NCBI GenBank assembly: GCA_041650915.1
Contig: JBAZKE010000001.1
Location: 315,284 to 379,283 of the forward strand
DNA: 64,000 bases
Reading direction: 5' to 3'
Source of the DNA: Patescibacteria group bacterium
Lineage (GTDB): Bacteria; Patescibacteriota; Patescibacteriia; UBA10025; JAHIVO01
The notes beneath the pieces are model-generated. The model saw nothing but the letters and a program-made list of their open reading frames with translations. It had not been told where the DNA came from and ran no database searches. Both the position numbers and the translations under genes were made by a program. Below, one piece after another: positions 44,602 through 56,230 of the stretch; position 1 is the stretch's first letter; the number at the start of each line of letters is the position of its first letter.

Positions 44602-46956
44602 ATGTATCTTTCCCTCAACTGGCTTAAAGAATTTGTCAAATTCCAGCAAACACCGGAAAAGGTTGCGGAGATTTTTACGCTCGGCGGATTTGAGGTTGAG
44701 CAGGCGGTGCATCACGGAGCCCATCTCGACGGGATCGTCGTCGGGCAGATCAAGACGATCGTCAACCACGCTGAGGCCGACAAGCTCTCGGTATGCAGGG
44801 TGGACGTCGGCCGCAAGGAGCCGCTCACGATCGTATGCGGCGCCCGCAATATCAAGCCCGCCCAGCACGTTCCCGTAGCGCTCGTCGGCGCGGTCCTGCC
44901 CGGCGGCATGAAGATCGAACGGCGCCGCATCCGCGGGATCGATTCTGAGGGCATGCTGTGCGCCGAGGATGAGCTCGGCTTGGGTGATGACCACTCCGGC
45001 ATCATGATTCTGGATAAGAGCATCCGTGTCGGCGCGAAGTTTACGCAAGCGATCAAGCTCGATGATACTGTGCTTGATATTTCGGTTGCGCCGAACAGGC
45101 CGGACGGTTTCTCGGTACTCGGGCTCGCGCGCGAATTTGCGGCACTGTCGGGCCAGAAGCTCATGCGAAAAAAGGTAAACGTGCCGGAGAGTGCGAAGTT
45201 CAATATCAAGAAGCTGCTTGCGGTTTCAGTCAAGGATTATGAGCTGTGCCCGCGGTATGTCGCGCGCGTCGTTAAGAACGTGAAGGTCGGGCCGTCGCCG
45301 CTGTGGCTGCAGTCACGGCTGCGGGTGTGCGGCGTGAAGCCGATCAACAACATCGTCGATAGCACCAACTACGTCATGCTCGAGTACGGCCAGCCGCTCC
45401 ATGCATTCGATCTCGCGAATGTCAGCGGCAAGAAGGTTACCGTGCGCAAAGCGGGCACGGATACCCTGTTCCAGACGCTCGATGGCGAACGGCGCACGCT
45501 TCCATCCGATGCGCTCGTGATCGCCGACGCGCAGAAGCCGATCGCCGTTGCGGGCGTTATGGGCGGCGAGAATTCTGAGATTACCAAGCAGACGAAGGAC
45601 GTTGTCATCGAGTCGGCGATTTTTAAGCCTCTATCCATTCGCAAGACGCGCCAGAAGCTCGGAATCGTAACCGAGGCGTCGGCACGGTTTGAGAAAGGCA
45701 TCTGGTGGGATCTGCCTGAGGAAGCGGCGGACCGGGCGGCGCAGCTTATGCACGATCTCGCCGGCGGCGAGATCGCGAGCGGCACGATCGTCGCTTCAAA
45801 AGAAAAGGGGAGAAAGCCGACGGTTATTTTACTTGAAGCTGATTACGTCAGCAAGCATATTGGGAAGACTTTTACGGAAGCGGATATTGCGAAGAAGCTG
45901 TCGCAGCTTCAGTTCCAGGTCGTAAAGAAGAAAAAGGGTGTGCTTGCGGTCACCGTACCGTCGTGGCGCCAGGACGTCTCGATCCCAGCCGACCTCATTG
46001 AAGAAGTGGGGCGGATGTCCGGATGGAATAAGCTCACGCCGTCGCCGGTATACGGGGCGCTGCAGCCCGTGCTCGTGCCTCCCGAAAAGCATTGGGAGCG
46101 GGTTATCAAAGATGCGCTCGTTTCTGCCAGCATGCAGGAAATGCTCAATTACTCGTTCTACGGCGAGCGGCTCATCAGCCAGTTTGGATTGAAGGAAAAA
46201 GACCACTATCGGGTTACGAATCCCCTTAATCCTGACCAGCAGTACCTCCGTACAACGCTGCTGCCGCAGCTCTATGAGAACGTGGTCAAAAATAGCCGGG
46301 AGCGTGATTCAGTCAGGGTATTTGAAGTTGGGAACGTGTTTATCCGTAGCGGGAGTCCAATGCCCAAGGAGGTTATGCGGATCGCTGGGATCGTGTACGC
46401 TAGAAAGTCACAGGGCGGCGGTTCGGCACTTATGGCTGCGATCAAGGCGGTTCTCGGCATGCTTTTTGCCCGGATGCATATCCAGGAGGGGGCGGTCCGG
46501 TTTGAAGCGTTAAACGGCAATGCAGGTTCGGGTAATATTATAATCAGCGGAAAAACAGTTGGCTGCTACGGCCTGCTCTCTGTGGGAGTCAAAAAGCTCG
46601 ACCAAGCGCCCGCGTGGTTTGGATTAACCCTTTCGAAACTCGTACAACATGCGAAGCATGCGCCTCAGTATGAGGAGATCAGCGCATACCCCGCCATTGA
46701 ACGGGACAGTACGTTCTGGACCCCGGACTGCACGCGGTACGATGATATCGTGCAGACGGTCCGGTCAGTCGATCCGCTCATCGCCGGCGTACGGGGCCTC
46801 GGCCTCTTTACGGCAGGTGACGGGAGGGTAAGCGCGACGATCAGGGTTACGTACCGGTCAGCAGAACGGACGCTGACTGCCGAGGAGGCGGGATCAATCG
46901 AGCAGAAGGTTATTGGCACCTTGCAGGAAAAACTAAACATGGAGTTCAAGAAGTAA
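44602..46956 (+). CDS. pheT: Phenylalanine--tRNA ligase beta subunit
   Basis: N-terminal tRNA-binding domain (GIVVGQIKTIVNHAEADKLSVCRVDVG), B3/4 and B5 domains, C-terminal FDX-ACB. 784 aa. Confidence 0.92.
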   Translation: MYLSLNWLKEFVKFQQTPEKVAEIFTLGGFEVEQAVHHGAHLDGIVVGQIKTIVNHAEADKLSVCRVDVGRKEPLTIVCGARNIKPAQHVPVALVGAVLPGGMKIERRRIRGIDSEGMLCAEDELGLGDDHSGIMILDKSIRVGAKFTQAIKLDDTVLDISVAPNRPDGFSVLGLAREFAALSGQKLMRKKVNVPESAKFNIKKLLAVSVKDYELCPRYVARVVKNVKVGPSPLWLQSRLRVCGVKPINNIVDSTNYVMLEYGQPLHAFDLANVSGKKVTVRKAGTDTLFQTLDGERRTLPSDALVIADAQKPIAVAGVMGGENSEITKQTKDVVIESAIFKPLSIRKTRQKLGIVTEASARFEKGIWWDLPEEAADRAAQLMHDLAGGEIASGTIVASKEKGRKPTVILLEADYVSKHIGKTFTEADIAKKLSQLQFQVVKKKKGVLAVTVPSWRQDVSIPADLIEEVGRMSGWNKLTPSPVYGALQPVLVPPEKHWERVIKDALVSASMQEMLNYSFYGERLISQFGLKEKDHYRVTNPLNPDQQYLRTTLLPQLYENVVKNSRERDSVRVFEVGNVFIRSGSPMPKEVMRIAGIVYARKSQGGGSALMAAIKAVLGMLFARMHIQEGAVRFEALNGNAGSGNIIISGKTVGCYGLLSVGVKKLDQAPAWFGLTLSKLVQHAKHAPQYEEISAYPAIERDSTFWTPDCTRYDDIVQTVRSVDPLIAGVRGLGLFTAGDGRVSATIRVTYRSAERTLTAEEAGSIEQKVIGTLQEKLNMEFKK

Positions 46957-46959
46957 AAA

Positions 46960-47940
46960 ATGTTCATAGAAATTTTACTTTTTATCATTGGCATCGGGCT
47001 GCTCTACTATGGCGCGAACATGCTCGTGAAGAACAGTTCGTGGCTTGCGAAGAGCGTTGGCGTATCGCCGCTCATCATCGGGATGACGGTCGTTGCGTTT
47101 GGCACGTCTGCACCGGAGCTGCTTGTCAGTACGATCGCATCAATAGAGCACAATAGCGCAATCGCGTTCGGCAACATTATCGGCAGCAACATTGCGAATA
47201 TCGGGCTCGTGCTCGGCCTCGTCGTGCTCATCTGGCCTCCCAAGTCAGAGGAGAGGGCGGTCCGCCGGGAGTTTCCATTCTTGGTGCTCATTTCACTCCT
47301 CCTCATCGTACTGTGCAGCGACGGCATGCTCGGGAGGGTTGACGGTTTTGTACTGATCGTGCTGTTCTCCCTGTTTTTATACTACAACATCATCACGGTG
47401 CGGCGGAAAATGCTCGATAAGTTTAAGCACGAGGTCGAGGAATTTGGCGATAAGCTCGAAGGGGTTATCGAGCATAGGCGGTTCGAGCGGAAACGCGTTC
47501 TGAAGAATCTCGCCTTTGCCATCGTAGGTCTCGCGATACTGCTCCTCGGTTCGAAGCTCCTCGTTGACAGTGCGATAGCGATTGCCCGCGTGGCCGGCAT
47601 CAGCCAGATGGTGATCGGCCTGTCGCTCGTGGCAGTCGGCACGTCGCTCCCGGAACTCTTCACGTCGGTTATCGCCTCGATCAAGAAGGAAGAGCAGATT
47701 AACGTCGGCATGATTCTCGGGAGCAACATCTTCAATACGCTGTTTATTCTGGGAGTTGCCGCAATGATCCTGCCGATTCCGGTCACGCGCCAAGACTTCA
47801 TCGTCAGTATGCCGGTTATGCTGCTCTTCATATTGTCTGTGTTTCCGATCCTCAAGGAAAATATCAGGACGTATCGGCTGTTTGGGCTTTTCCTGTTACT
47901 CGGGTATTTTACATTCATCATTTATTCATTTATTCGCTAA
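46960..47940 (+). CDS. Ca2+/cation antiporter (CaCA family, YrbG-like)
   Basis: Two alpha-repeats, GTSAPELLVS and GTSLPELFTSV. Confidence 0.85.
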   Translation: MFIEILLFIIGIGLLYYGANMLVKNSSWLAKSVGVSPLIIGMTVVAFGTSAPELLVSTIASIEHNSAIAFGNIIGSNIANIGLVLGLVVLIWPPKSEERAVRREFPFLVLISLLLIVLCSDGMLGRVDGFVLIVLFSLFLYYNIITVRRKMLDKFKHEVEEFGDKLEGVIEHRRFERKRVLKNLAFAIVGLAILLLGSKLLVDSAIAIARVAGISQMVIGLSLVAVGTSLPELFTSVIASIKKEEQINVGMILGSNIFNTLFILGVAAMILPIPVTRQDFIVSMPVMLLFILSVFPILKENIRTYRLFGLFLLLGYFTFIIYSFIR

Positions 47941-47958
47941 CGCCATTAAGGAAAATAG

Positions 47959-50040
<2,082 letters not shown>

Positions 50041-50122
50041 CGGGCGTTACCGTACGGAATACTTCAGCTGACGCGGCGGATGCCGATACTGGCGTCCGTT
50101 GAGCGGCATCCTGTCGGTGAAT

Positions 50123-50150
50123 TTGACATATTTTTCCAATGTTCTATACT
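50123..50150 (+). promoter_or_regulatory. Sigma-70 promoter of the secE-nusG-rplK operon, followed by a short GC hairpin plus U-tract in the leader
   Basis: TTGACA (50123-50128), 16-nt spacer, TATACT (50145-50150). CCCCC-gca-GGGGGtttt at 50172-50188. Confidence 0.5.
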
Positions 50151-50202
50151 ATACACAGATTACGCAACGAGCCCCCGCAGGGGGTTTTAAAAACCTCATT
50201 TT

Positions 50203-50388
50203 ATGGCGAGTAAAATCATTTCCTACATCAAGGAGTCGAAGGAAGAGCTTAAGAAAGTTATCTGGCCGTCACGCAAGGAGACGACAAAGTTTACGCTCCT
50301 CGTGATCGGCATCAGCATCGCCACGGCGATTTTTCTCGGCACGCTCGACTTCGGCCTCAACATAGTCCTCGAAAAAGTAATTAGGTAG
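50203..50388 (+). CDS. secE: Preprotein translocase subunit SecE
   Basis: 61 aa with a single C-terminal TM. Sits immediately upstream of nusG. Confidence 0.85.
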   Translation: MASKIISYIKESKEELKKVIWPSRKETTKFTLLVIGISIATAIFLGTLDFGLNIVLEKVIR

Positions 50389-50389
50389 T

Positions 50390-50935
50390 ATGCCAAAGCA
50401 AACACTCCAGCAGGGAAGGAAGTGGTACGTACTGCATACGTACTCAGGGTATGAAGAGAACGTCGCGCGGAACCTGCGCCAGCGCATCGAGTCGATGGAT
50501 ATGCAGGATAAGATTTTTAGCGTCCTCATCCCGACTGAAAAAAAGATCAAGATCAAGAACGGCAAGCGCCGGGTCGTTACCGAAAAAATTTTTCCCGGTT
50601 ACGTGCTCGTTGAAATGATGGTGACGGACGATTCGTGGTACGTGGTGAGGAATACGCCGAACGTGACCGGTTTTGTCGGTTCCGGCACGACCCCGACTCC
50701 GATCTCTGAGGAAGAGGTGAAGGCAATCCAGAAGCGCATGGGCGTCGAGGAGCCGAAGTATAAGATTGACGTCGCAGCGGGCACACCGGTGAAGATCGTC
50801 GATGGCCCGTTCAAGGAGTTCGAGGGAAAGGTATCCGAGGTTGATGAGGCGCGCGGCAAGGTGAAGGTGCTCGTCTCCATGTTCGGGCGGGAAACGCCGA
50901 TCGAACTCGACTTTTTACAGATTAAGAAAATTTAA
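50390..50935 (+). CDS. nusG: Transcription termination/antitermination factor NusG
   Basis: NGN domain [15 protein letters not shown] and a KOW motif ([18 protein letters not shown]). Confidence 0.92.
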   Translation: MPKQTLQQGRKWYVLHTYSGYEENVARNLRQRIESMDMQDKIFSVLIPTEKKIKIKNGKRRVVTEKIFPGYVLVEMMVTDDSWYVVRNTPNVTGFVGSGTTPTPISEEEVKAIQKRMGVEEPKYKIDVAAGTPVKIVDGPFKEFEGKVSEVDEARGKVKVLVSMFGRETPIELDFLQIKKI

Positions 50936-50939
50936 TACC

Positions 50940-51365
50940 ATGGCAAAGAAGATAAAAACAATTATCAAGATTCAGCTTCCCGCAGGCAAGGCAACGCCGG
51001 CGCCTCCGGTCGGCACCGCGCTTGGGCCGCACGGCCTCAATATCCAGGAATTCTGCACTAAGTTTAATGCCGCGACTAAGGATAAGGGCGGCGATATCAT
51101 CCCTGCGGAGATCACTGTTTTTGAAGACAGAACTTTTGCGTTCAAGCTCAAGACTCCGCCGGCGGCAGAGCTGCTCAAGAAGGCGGCTGGGATTACCAAG
51201 GGGTCCGGGCAGGCGCTCAAGCAGAAGGTCGGCAAGGTGACGAAGAAACAGGTGCGGGAGATCGCTGAGACGAAAATGGAAGACCTCAACGCGAAGGATA
51301 TCGAGGGTGCGATGAAAATTATCGCCGGTACTGCCCGAAATATGGGCATCGAGGTCACCGAATAG
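50940..51365 (+). CDS. rplK: 50S ribosomal protein L11
   Basis: [31 protein letters not shown] is a highly conserved L11 N-terminus. Confidence 0.95.
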   Translation: MAKKIKTIIKIQLPAGKATPAPPVGTALGPHGLNIQEFCTKFNAATKDKGGDIIPAEITVFEDRTFAFKLKTPPAAELLKKAAGITKGSGQALKQKVGKVTKKQVREIAETKMEDLNAKDIEGAMKIIAGTARNMGIEVTE

Positions 51366-51514
51366 GTTATTGCCGTACTTGCCCGATCGCGGTATACTGG
51401 CATCAGCAAGAGCCCTTTTAGAACAGTAAACCCATTATTAAAAGGACCATTTTTTAATTGTGTTTTAAAACAAATCGCGGGCGTTGACCGCGATTTGGAA
51501 TAAGGAGCGCAGGT

Positions 51515-52477
51515 ATGACTTTTCTTTCATTCTTAATGCCGCTATTCACCATAGCATTAATTTTATTTTTTATCGTTACAATTATGGAAGGGAAAACGCA
51601 GGCAGATAAACGGCCGGCCATCCGCAGCGCGTATTTTTATCTGGCATCGCTGGTAACGCTCGGTATTGTGGTCGGTTCCGTTATTTTTCTGATTAATTTG
51701 GGATTCAAGGCGTGGGTGTTCACGGACGCAGAGCCGGCAGGGTACGAGCGCGGCGCCCCGGCTTCCCTGTACGCCAGTTCGAAAATCAATCCTGAGGATG
51801 CCGTAAGCGATGCGTTTTTAGAGTGTGACGGGCCGTGCGAATTGACCGCGGCGCAGGAGAGCGATATCGAGACATGGAAAGCGAATTATACGTCCTGGAA
51901 AGAGGCATATACGACTCCGAACGCCGGGCGCACGCGCGATGCCGTCAATGGATTTTCATTCCTGATTGTCGCGCTTCCATTTTTCCTCATTCACTACCGC
52001 ATCGTACAGCGTGATGAGAGAAAAAACGAAAATAAGGAGCACGCAGTCATACGGCCGACGTACTACTATTTTATTTCACTCTCTGCTCTGCTCATGATCG
52101 TGATCGCCGGAGGTTTTCTGATCAACCTGGGGCTCAAAACGTGGGTATTCCCGAGCGCCGGCGAGGCGGATAAAGCATCCAGCCGCTATGAGATGCCGGC
52201 TGCGGAATTGGCATATGAGAAGGCGCCGATCGAGAGCATTGTTGAGTGCGGCGAGGAGTGCGGCGTTGATGCGGATACGGTCACCTTAGCGCAGGGGTGG
52301 CTCACTGACTACGAGAACTGGAACAATTCCGTGCACGACGTTGATTCAACGCAGCGCGAGGCAGCTGCGGCAATCCCGTTCATTCTCGTGGGGGCTCCGC
52401 TGTTTTGGTACCACTGGAGCACGGTCAGGAGAGAGTCAAAAAGGAAAAAAGAAAGTTCAGAAGCGCCAGTGCAGTAA
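51515..52477 (+). CDS. Internally duplicated 4-TM membrane protein inserted between rplK and rplA
   Basis: Two homologous halves (AYFYLASLVTLGIVVGSVIFLINLGFKAWVF...ECDGPCE... and TYYYFISLSALLMIVIAGGFLINLGLKTWVF...ECGEECG...). Strong AAGGAG SD. Confidence 0.6.
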   Translation: MTFLSFLMPLFTIALILFFIVTIMEGKTQADKRPAIRSAYFYLASLVTLGIVVGSVIFLINLGFKAWVFTDAEPAGYERGAPASLYASSKINPEDAVSDAFLECDGPCELTAAQESDIETWKANYTSWKEAYTTPNAGRTRDAVNGFSFLIVALPFFLIHYRIVQRDERKNENKEHAVIRPTYYYFISLSALLMIVIAGGFLINLGLKTWVFPSAGEADKASSRYEMPAAELAYEKAPIESIVECGEECGVDADTVTLAQGWLTDYENWNNSVHDVDSTQREAAAAIPFILVGAPLFWYHWSTVRRESKRKKESSEAPVQ

Positions 52478-52549
52478 TTTGAATTACGTTTAATTTGTGG
52501 GACTGTCCGTTTGTTGGCGGATGGGTTCGTACCACGAAAGGGAAGTAAC

Positions 52550-53233
52550 ATGAGAAAGAAGTCAAAGCGGTACGCGGAAGCTAAAAAGCTCATTGATCCG
52601 GCGAAGGCGTACACGGCGAAGGAAGCTGTCGCGCTCATAAAAAAGACGTCAACGGTTAAGTTCGACGCTGGCGTTGAGCTGCACATCCGCCTCGGGGTTG
52701 ACCCGAAGAAGGCCGAGCAGGTCGTCCGGAGTTCGGTCGTGCTGCCGCACGGTACTGGCAAGGAAAAGCGCATCGCTGTTTTTGCCGATGAGAAGGACCA
52801 GGAGAAAGCCAAGAAGGCAGGTGCGGCGGTCGCCGGCGGTGAAGCTCTGATCCAGGAAATCAAGAAAACCGGCAAGTGCGATTTTGACATTGCCCTCGCA
52901 ACACCGGCGATGATGAAGGTCCTCGGGCAGGTCGCGAAGATTCTCGGGCCGAAGGGGCTCATGCCCACCCCGCGCAATGAGACCGTGACAAAGGATGTCG
53001 AAAAATCCATCAAGGCGCTCCTTGGCGGCAAGGTGACGTTCCGCAACGACGATTCGTCCAATATCCACCAGCTCATCGGCCGTGCGTCTTTCGAGCCGAA
53101 ACAGCTTGAAGAAAACTACGCCGCCTTTATTGACGCGGTCCGCAGCGCAAAACCATCCGGCTTTAAGGGTACCTACATTAAAGGCATCAGCCTCTGCACC
53201 ACAATGGGCCCCGGCGTGAAGCTGGCAGTTTAA
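52550..53233 (+). CDS. rplA: 50S ribosomal protein L1
   Basis: MRKKSKRYAEAKKLIDPAKAYTAKEAVALIK... and VLPHGTGKEKRIAVFA are typical L1. Start set to the ATG at 52550 with a GGGAAG SD. Confidence 0.92.
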   Translation: MRKKSKRYAEAKKLIDPAKAYTAKEAVALIKKTSTVKFDAGVELHIRLGVDPKKAEQVVRSSVVLPHGTGKEKRIAVFADEKDQEKAKKAGAAVAGGEALIQEIKKTGKCDFDIALATPAMMKVLGQVAKILGPKGLMPTPRNETVTKDVEKSIKALLGGKVTFRNDDSSNIHQLIGRASFEPKQLEENYAAFIDAVRSAKPSGFKGTYIKGISLCTTMGPGVKLAV

Positions 53234-53256
53234 TTTACGTTTTTAATACGTACACT

Positions 53257-53742
53257 ATGCCAAGCCACAAGCGCCCCTCGTGGGATGAGTACTTTATGGA
53301 AGTTACGCGTACAGTCGCCAAGCGCGCGACGTGTGACCGCGGCCGGAGCGGCTGTGTTATCGTGAAAGATAAGCGGATCCTGTGCACCGGCTATGTCGGC
53401 TCTCCGATCGGCATCGAGCACTGCGATGATGTCGGCCATGAGATGCAGGAAAATTATAATGAAAAGGGCGAGAAATCGGTCCACTGCATTCGTACCTCCC
53501 ACGCTGAGCAAAATGCGCTCGCACAGGCTGCCCGCTTCGGCATCGCCATCGACGGCGGGACGCTCTACTGCAAGATGGAGCCGTGCTATATTTGCGCGAA
53601 GATGATCATCAACGCCGGCATCAGGCGCGTCGTCGCGGAGAAGCGCTACCATGCCGCCGAACGGTCGCGTGAGGTATTCAGGAAAGCGGGCGTAGAGCTC
53701 GAGGTGCTCTCCGATGAGACCGAGCAGTACGACAACCAGTAA
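53257..53742 (+). CDS. dCMP deaminase (zinc-dependent CMP/dCMP deaminase family)
   Basis: HAEQNA...PCYICAKMIINAGIRRVV matches the HAE/PCxxC zinc motifs. Confidence 0.85.
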   Translation: MPSHKRPSWDEYFMEVTRTVAKRATCDRGRSGCVIVKDKRILCTGYVGSPIGIEHCDDVGHEMQENYNEKGEKSVHCIRTSHAEQNALAQAARFGIAIDGGTLYCKMEPCYICAKMIINAGIRRVVAEKRYHAAERSREVFRKAGVELEVLSDETEQYDNQ

Positions 53743-53750
53743 CGATACCC

Positions 53751-54173
53751 ATGAAAGTTAACATTAAGCTCCTACGACCAGAAGCCAAGGTGCCTGCGTA
53801 TGGGAGGATCGGTGATGCCGGTCTCGACCTGTACTGTTGCGAAGGGCATACGCTCCAGCCGGGCGAACGGCGCAGGTTCGGCCTCGGTTTCGCCATGGAG
53901 CTCCCCGAGGGTACCGTAGCGCTCGTGTGGGATCGCGGTGGCATGGCGGCGAACCACGGCATTCATTCAATTGCCGGCGTGATCGACAGCAACTACCGCG
54001 GCGAGGTTAACGTCGTTCTGTACAACACCTCTACGGAGCCATACGCGATCAGCGCAGGCGACAAGATCGCCCAGATGCTTGTGCAGCAATGTGAGTCCGT
54101 CGATTTCATCCAGTCTGACGAACTTTCCGATACGGCGCGCGGAGAGCAGGCGTGGCATTCGAGCGGCAGGTAA
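53751..54173 (+). CDS. dut: dUTP diphosphatase
   Basis: [20 protein letters not shown] and DRIAQ-like motifs of trimeric dUTPase. Confidence 0.9.
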   Translation: MKVNIKLLRPEAKVPAYGRIGDAGLDLYCCEGHTLQPGERRRFGLGFAMELPEGTVALVWDRGGMAANHGIHSIAGVIDSNYRGEVNVVLYNTSTEPYAISAGDKIAQMLVQQCESVDFIQSDELSDTARGEQAWHSSGR

Positions 54174-54184
54174 TCGAACACCAT

Positions 54185-54997
54185 ATGCGGAATTACCTTG
54201 ACCTCATGGAAGACATCCTTAGCAACGGAACCGACAAGCCGGACCGTACCGGTACTGGCATCCGGAGCGTTTTTGGTCGGCAGCTCCGTTTTGATTTGCA
54301 GGCCGGATTTCCGCTGGTTACTACCAAGCAGGTCCACCTAAAGTCTATCATCTATGAGCTTCTCTGGTTTCTCAAGGGTGATACGAATATAAAGTACCTG
54401 AACGACCACGGTGTCACGATCTGGGACGAGTGGGCGGATGAGAACGGCGAGCTCGGCCCGATCTACGGGAAGCAGTGGACAGCGTGGGAAGCGCCGGACG
54501 GCACGACGGTCAACCAGATCCAAAATGCGGTCGATATGATCAACGGCAATCCGTACTCACGGAGGATTATCGTGAGCGGGTGGAACGTCGGAGACCTCCA
54601 AGCGCTCATCCGACAGAAAAGATCGGCACCGCCGCCGTGCCATACGATATTCCAGTTCTATGTTGCTGGCGGCAAGCTCTCGTGCCAGCTGTACCAGCGC
54701 AGTGCCGACGTATTTCTCGGCGTGCCGTTCAACATCGCATCGTACTCGATTCTCACCATGATGATGGCGCAGGTGACCGGCCTGAAGCCCGGTGAATTTG
54801 TCCATACCTTCGGCGATGTGCACATCTACTCGAACCACTTTGAGCAGGTTACACTGCAGCTTAAACGGGAGCCGCGGCCGCTCCCAACGTTGAAGATCAA
54901 TCCTAGCGTAAGGGATATCTTTCGCTTTACCTTTGAAGATTTTACGCTCGAAGGGTACGATCCGCACCCGCGGATAAAAGCCCCGATAGCGGTCTAA
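54185..54997 (+). CDS. thyA: Thymidylate synthase (ThyA type)
   Basis: [18 protein letters not shown]...FPLVTTK...[12 protein letters not shown] (catalytic Cys). Start set at the ATG at 54185, after the dut stop. Confidence 0.92.
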   Translation: MRNYLDLMEDILSNGTDKPDRTGTGIRSVFGRQLRFDLQAGFPLVTTKQVHLKSIIYELLWFLKGDTNIKYLNDHGVTIWDEWADENGELGPIYGKQWTAWEAPDGTTVNQIQNAVDMINGNPYSRRIIVSGWNVGDLQALIRQKRSAPPPCHTIFQFYVAGGKLSCQLYQRSADVFLGVPFNIASYSILTMMMAQVTGLKPGEFVHTFGDVHIYSNHFEQVTLQLKREPRPLPTLKINPSVRDIFRFTFEDFTLEGYDPHPRIKAPIAV

Positions 54998-55003
54998 ACG
55001 GTT

Positions 55004-55495
55004 ATGCAGCGGACTTCAATCAGCATCATTGCGGCGATTTCGCAGAACAGGGTTATCGGCAAAAACGGTAAGCTGCCTTGGGCCATTCCCGAGGATATGC
55101 GGCGGTTCCGTCAGCTGACCGCAGGCCACGTGGTTATCATGGGGAGAAAGACGTTTGAATCGATCGGCAAACCACTCAAGAACAGGACGAATATCGTCAT
55201 TACGCGCGATTCTTCGTACCGGGCTCCGGGCTGCACGGTCGTCAGTTCTCTGGAAGCGGCGCTTGAGCAGGCAAAGAAGGTGGAGCACACCGAGATGTTC
55301 ATTATCGGGGGCGGGGAGGTCTATAGGCAAGCACTGCCAATATGTGATAAACTGTATTTGACGGTGGTTCACGAGAGTATCGAGGGTGATGCCTTTTTTC
55401 CCGATTTCTCGGCGTTCAGCATTGTCGAGGATAAGCGGGAGAGTTCAGACGAGAACCATGCGTACACATTTCTTAAGCTAACGAGGCAGTCATGA
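55004..55495 (+). CDS. folA: Dihydrofolate reductase
   Basis: ISIIAAISQNRVIGKNGKLPWAIPEDMRRF...VIMGRKTFESIG. Confidence 0.92.
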   Translation: MQRTSISIIAAISQNRVIGKNGKLPWAIPEDMRRFRQLTAGHVVIMGRKTFESIGKPLKNRTNIVITRDSSYRAPGCTVVSSLEAALEQAKKVEHTEMFIIGGGEVYRQALPICDKLYLTVVHESIEGDAFFPDFSAFSIVEDKRESSDENHAYTFLKLTRQS

Positions 55496-56151
55496 AAAAG
55501 CGCGGAAAACTCATCGTATTCGATGCCATCGATGGTGCGGGCAAGACGACCCAGGTCCAGCTGCTGACGAAGCGGTTCCGCCGACTTAGGAAGCCTTACC
55601 ACCTGACAGATTTTCCGCAGTACGATAAATCCTTTTTTGGGGCCATGTGCAGGCGGTACCTCAAGGGGGATTTTGGGGAGACCGAAAAGACAAATCCGTA
55701 CCTCATTTCACTCCTGTACGCCCTCGACCGGTATGAAGCGCGTGCAGAGATCGAGCAGCAGCTGCAGGCAGGCAGGATCGTGGTTTCAGACCGGTACGCA
55801 CCCGCGAACAAGATCCACCAGACGCTCAAGATCAGCAATAAGTCGGAGCAGGCAAAGTTTTTGCGGTGGCTCGACGAGATGGAGTTCAAAGTGCTTGGCG
55901 TTCCGAAACCGGATGTCGTCCTCTTCCTCGACGTGCCGCCCTCGATTGCCATGCCGCTCATGAAGGCGAGAGGCAAGCGGGATATGCACGAGCGCGATTA
56001 CCACCACCAGCAGCAGGCGTACCTCATGGCGTTGCAGCTCTACAAGAAGTATCCGAATTGGATACGGATACAGTGCATGCGGAGCGGGCAGCTCCTCCCG
56101 CCTGAGGTGATACATGAGCAAGTGTGGCGTGCGGTAAAAAAGTTCGTATAA
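55492..56151 (+). CDS. tmk: Thymidylate kinase
   Basis: P-loop FDAIDGAGKTTQ, DRY motif (SDRYAPAN), lid region. Confidence 0.88.
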   Translation: MKKRGKLIVFDAIDGAGKTTQVQLLTKRFRRLRKPYHLTDFPQYDKSFFGAMCRRYLKGDFGETEKTNPYLISLLYALDRYEARAEIEQQLQAGRIVVSDRYAPANKIHQTLKISNKSEQAKFLRWLDEMEFKVLGVPKPDVVLFLDVPPSIAMPLMKARGKRDMHERDYHHQQQAYLMALQLYKKYPNWIRIQCMRSGQLLPPEVIHEQVWRAVKKFV

Positions 56152-56175
56152 GCACGCTGGCAGTTATTGCTAGCT

Positions 56176-56202
56176 GCGCCGTTCCTCATCGGCGCTTTTT
56201 TT
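56176..56202. terminator. Intrinsic terminator after the thymidylate operon
   Basis: GCGCCG-ttcctcat-CGGCGCttttttt. Confidence 0.75.
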
Positions 56203-56230
56203 ATTGCCACGTATTTGCTACAATATCGCT

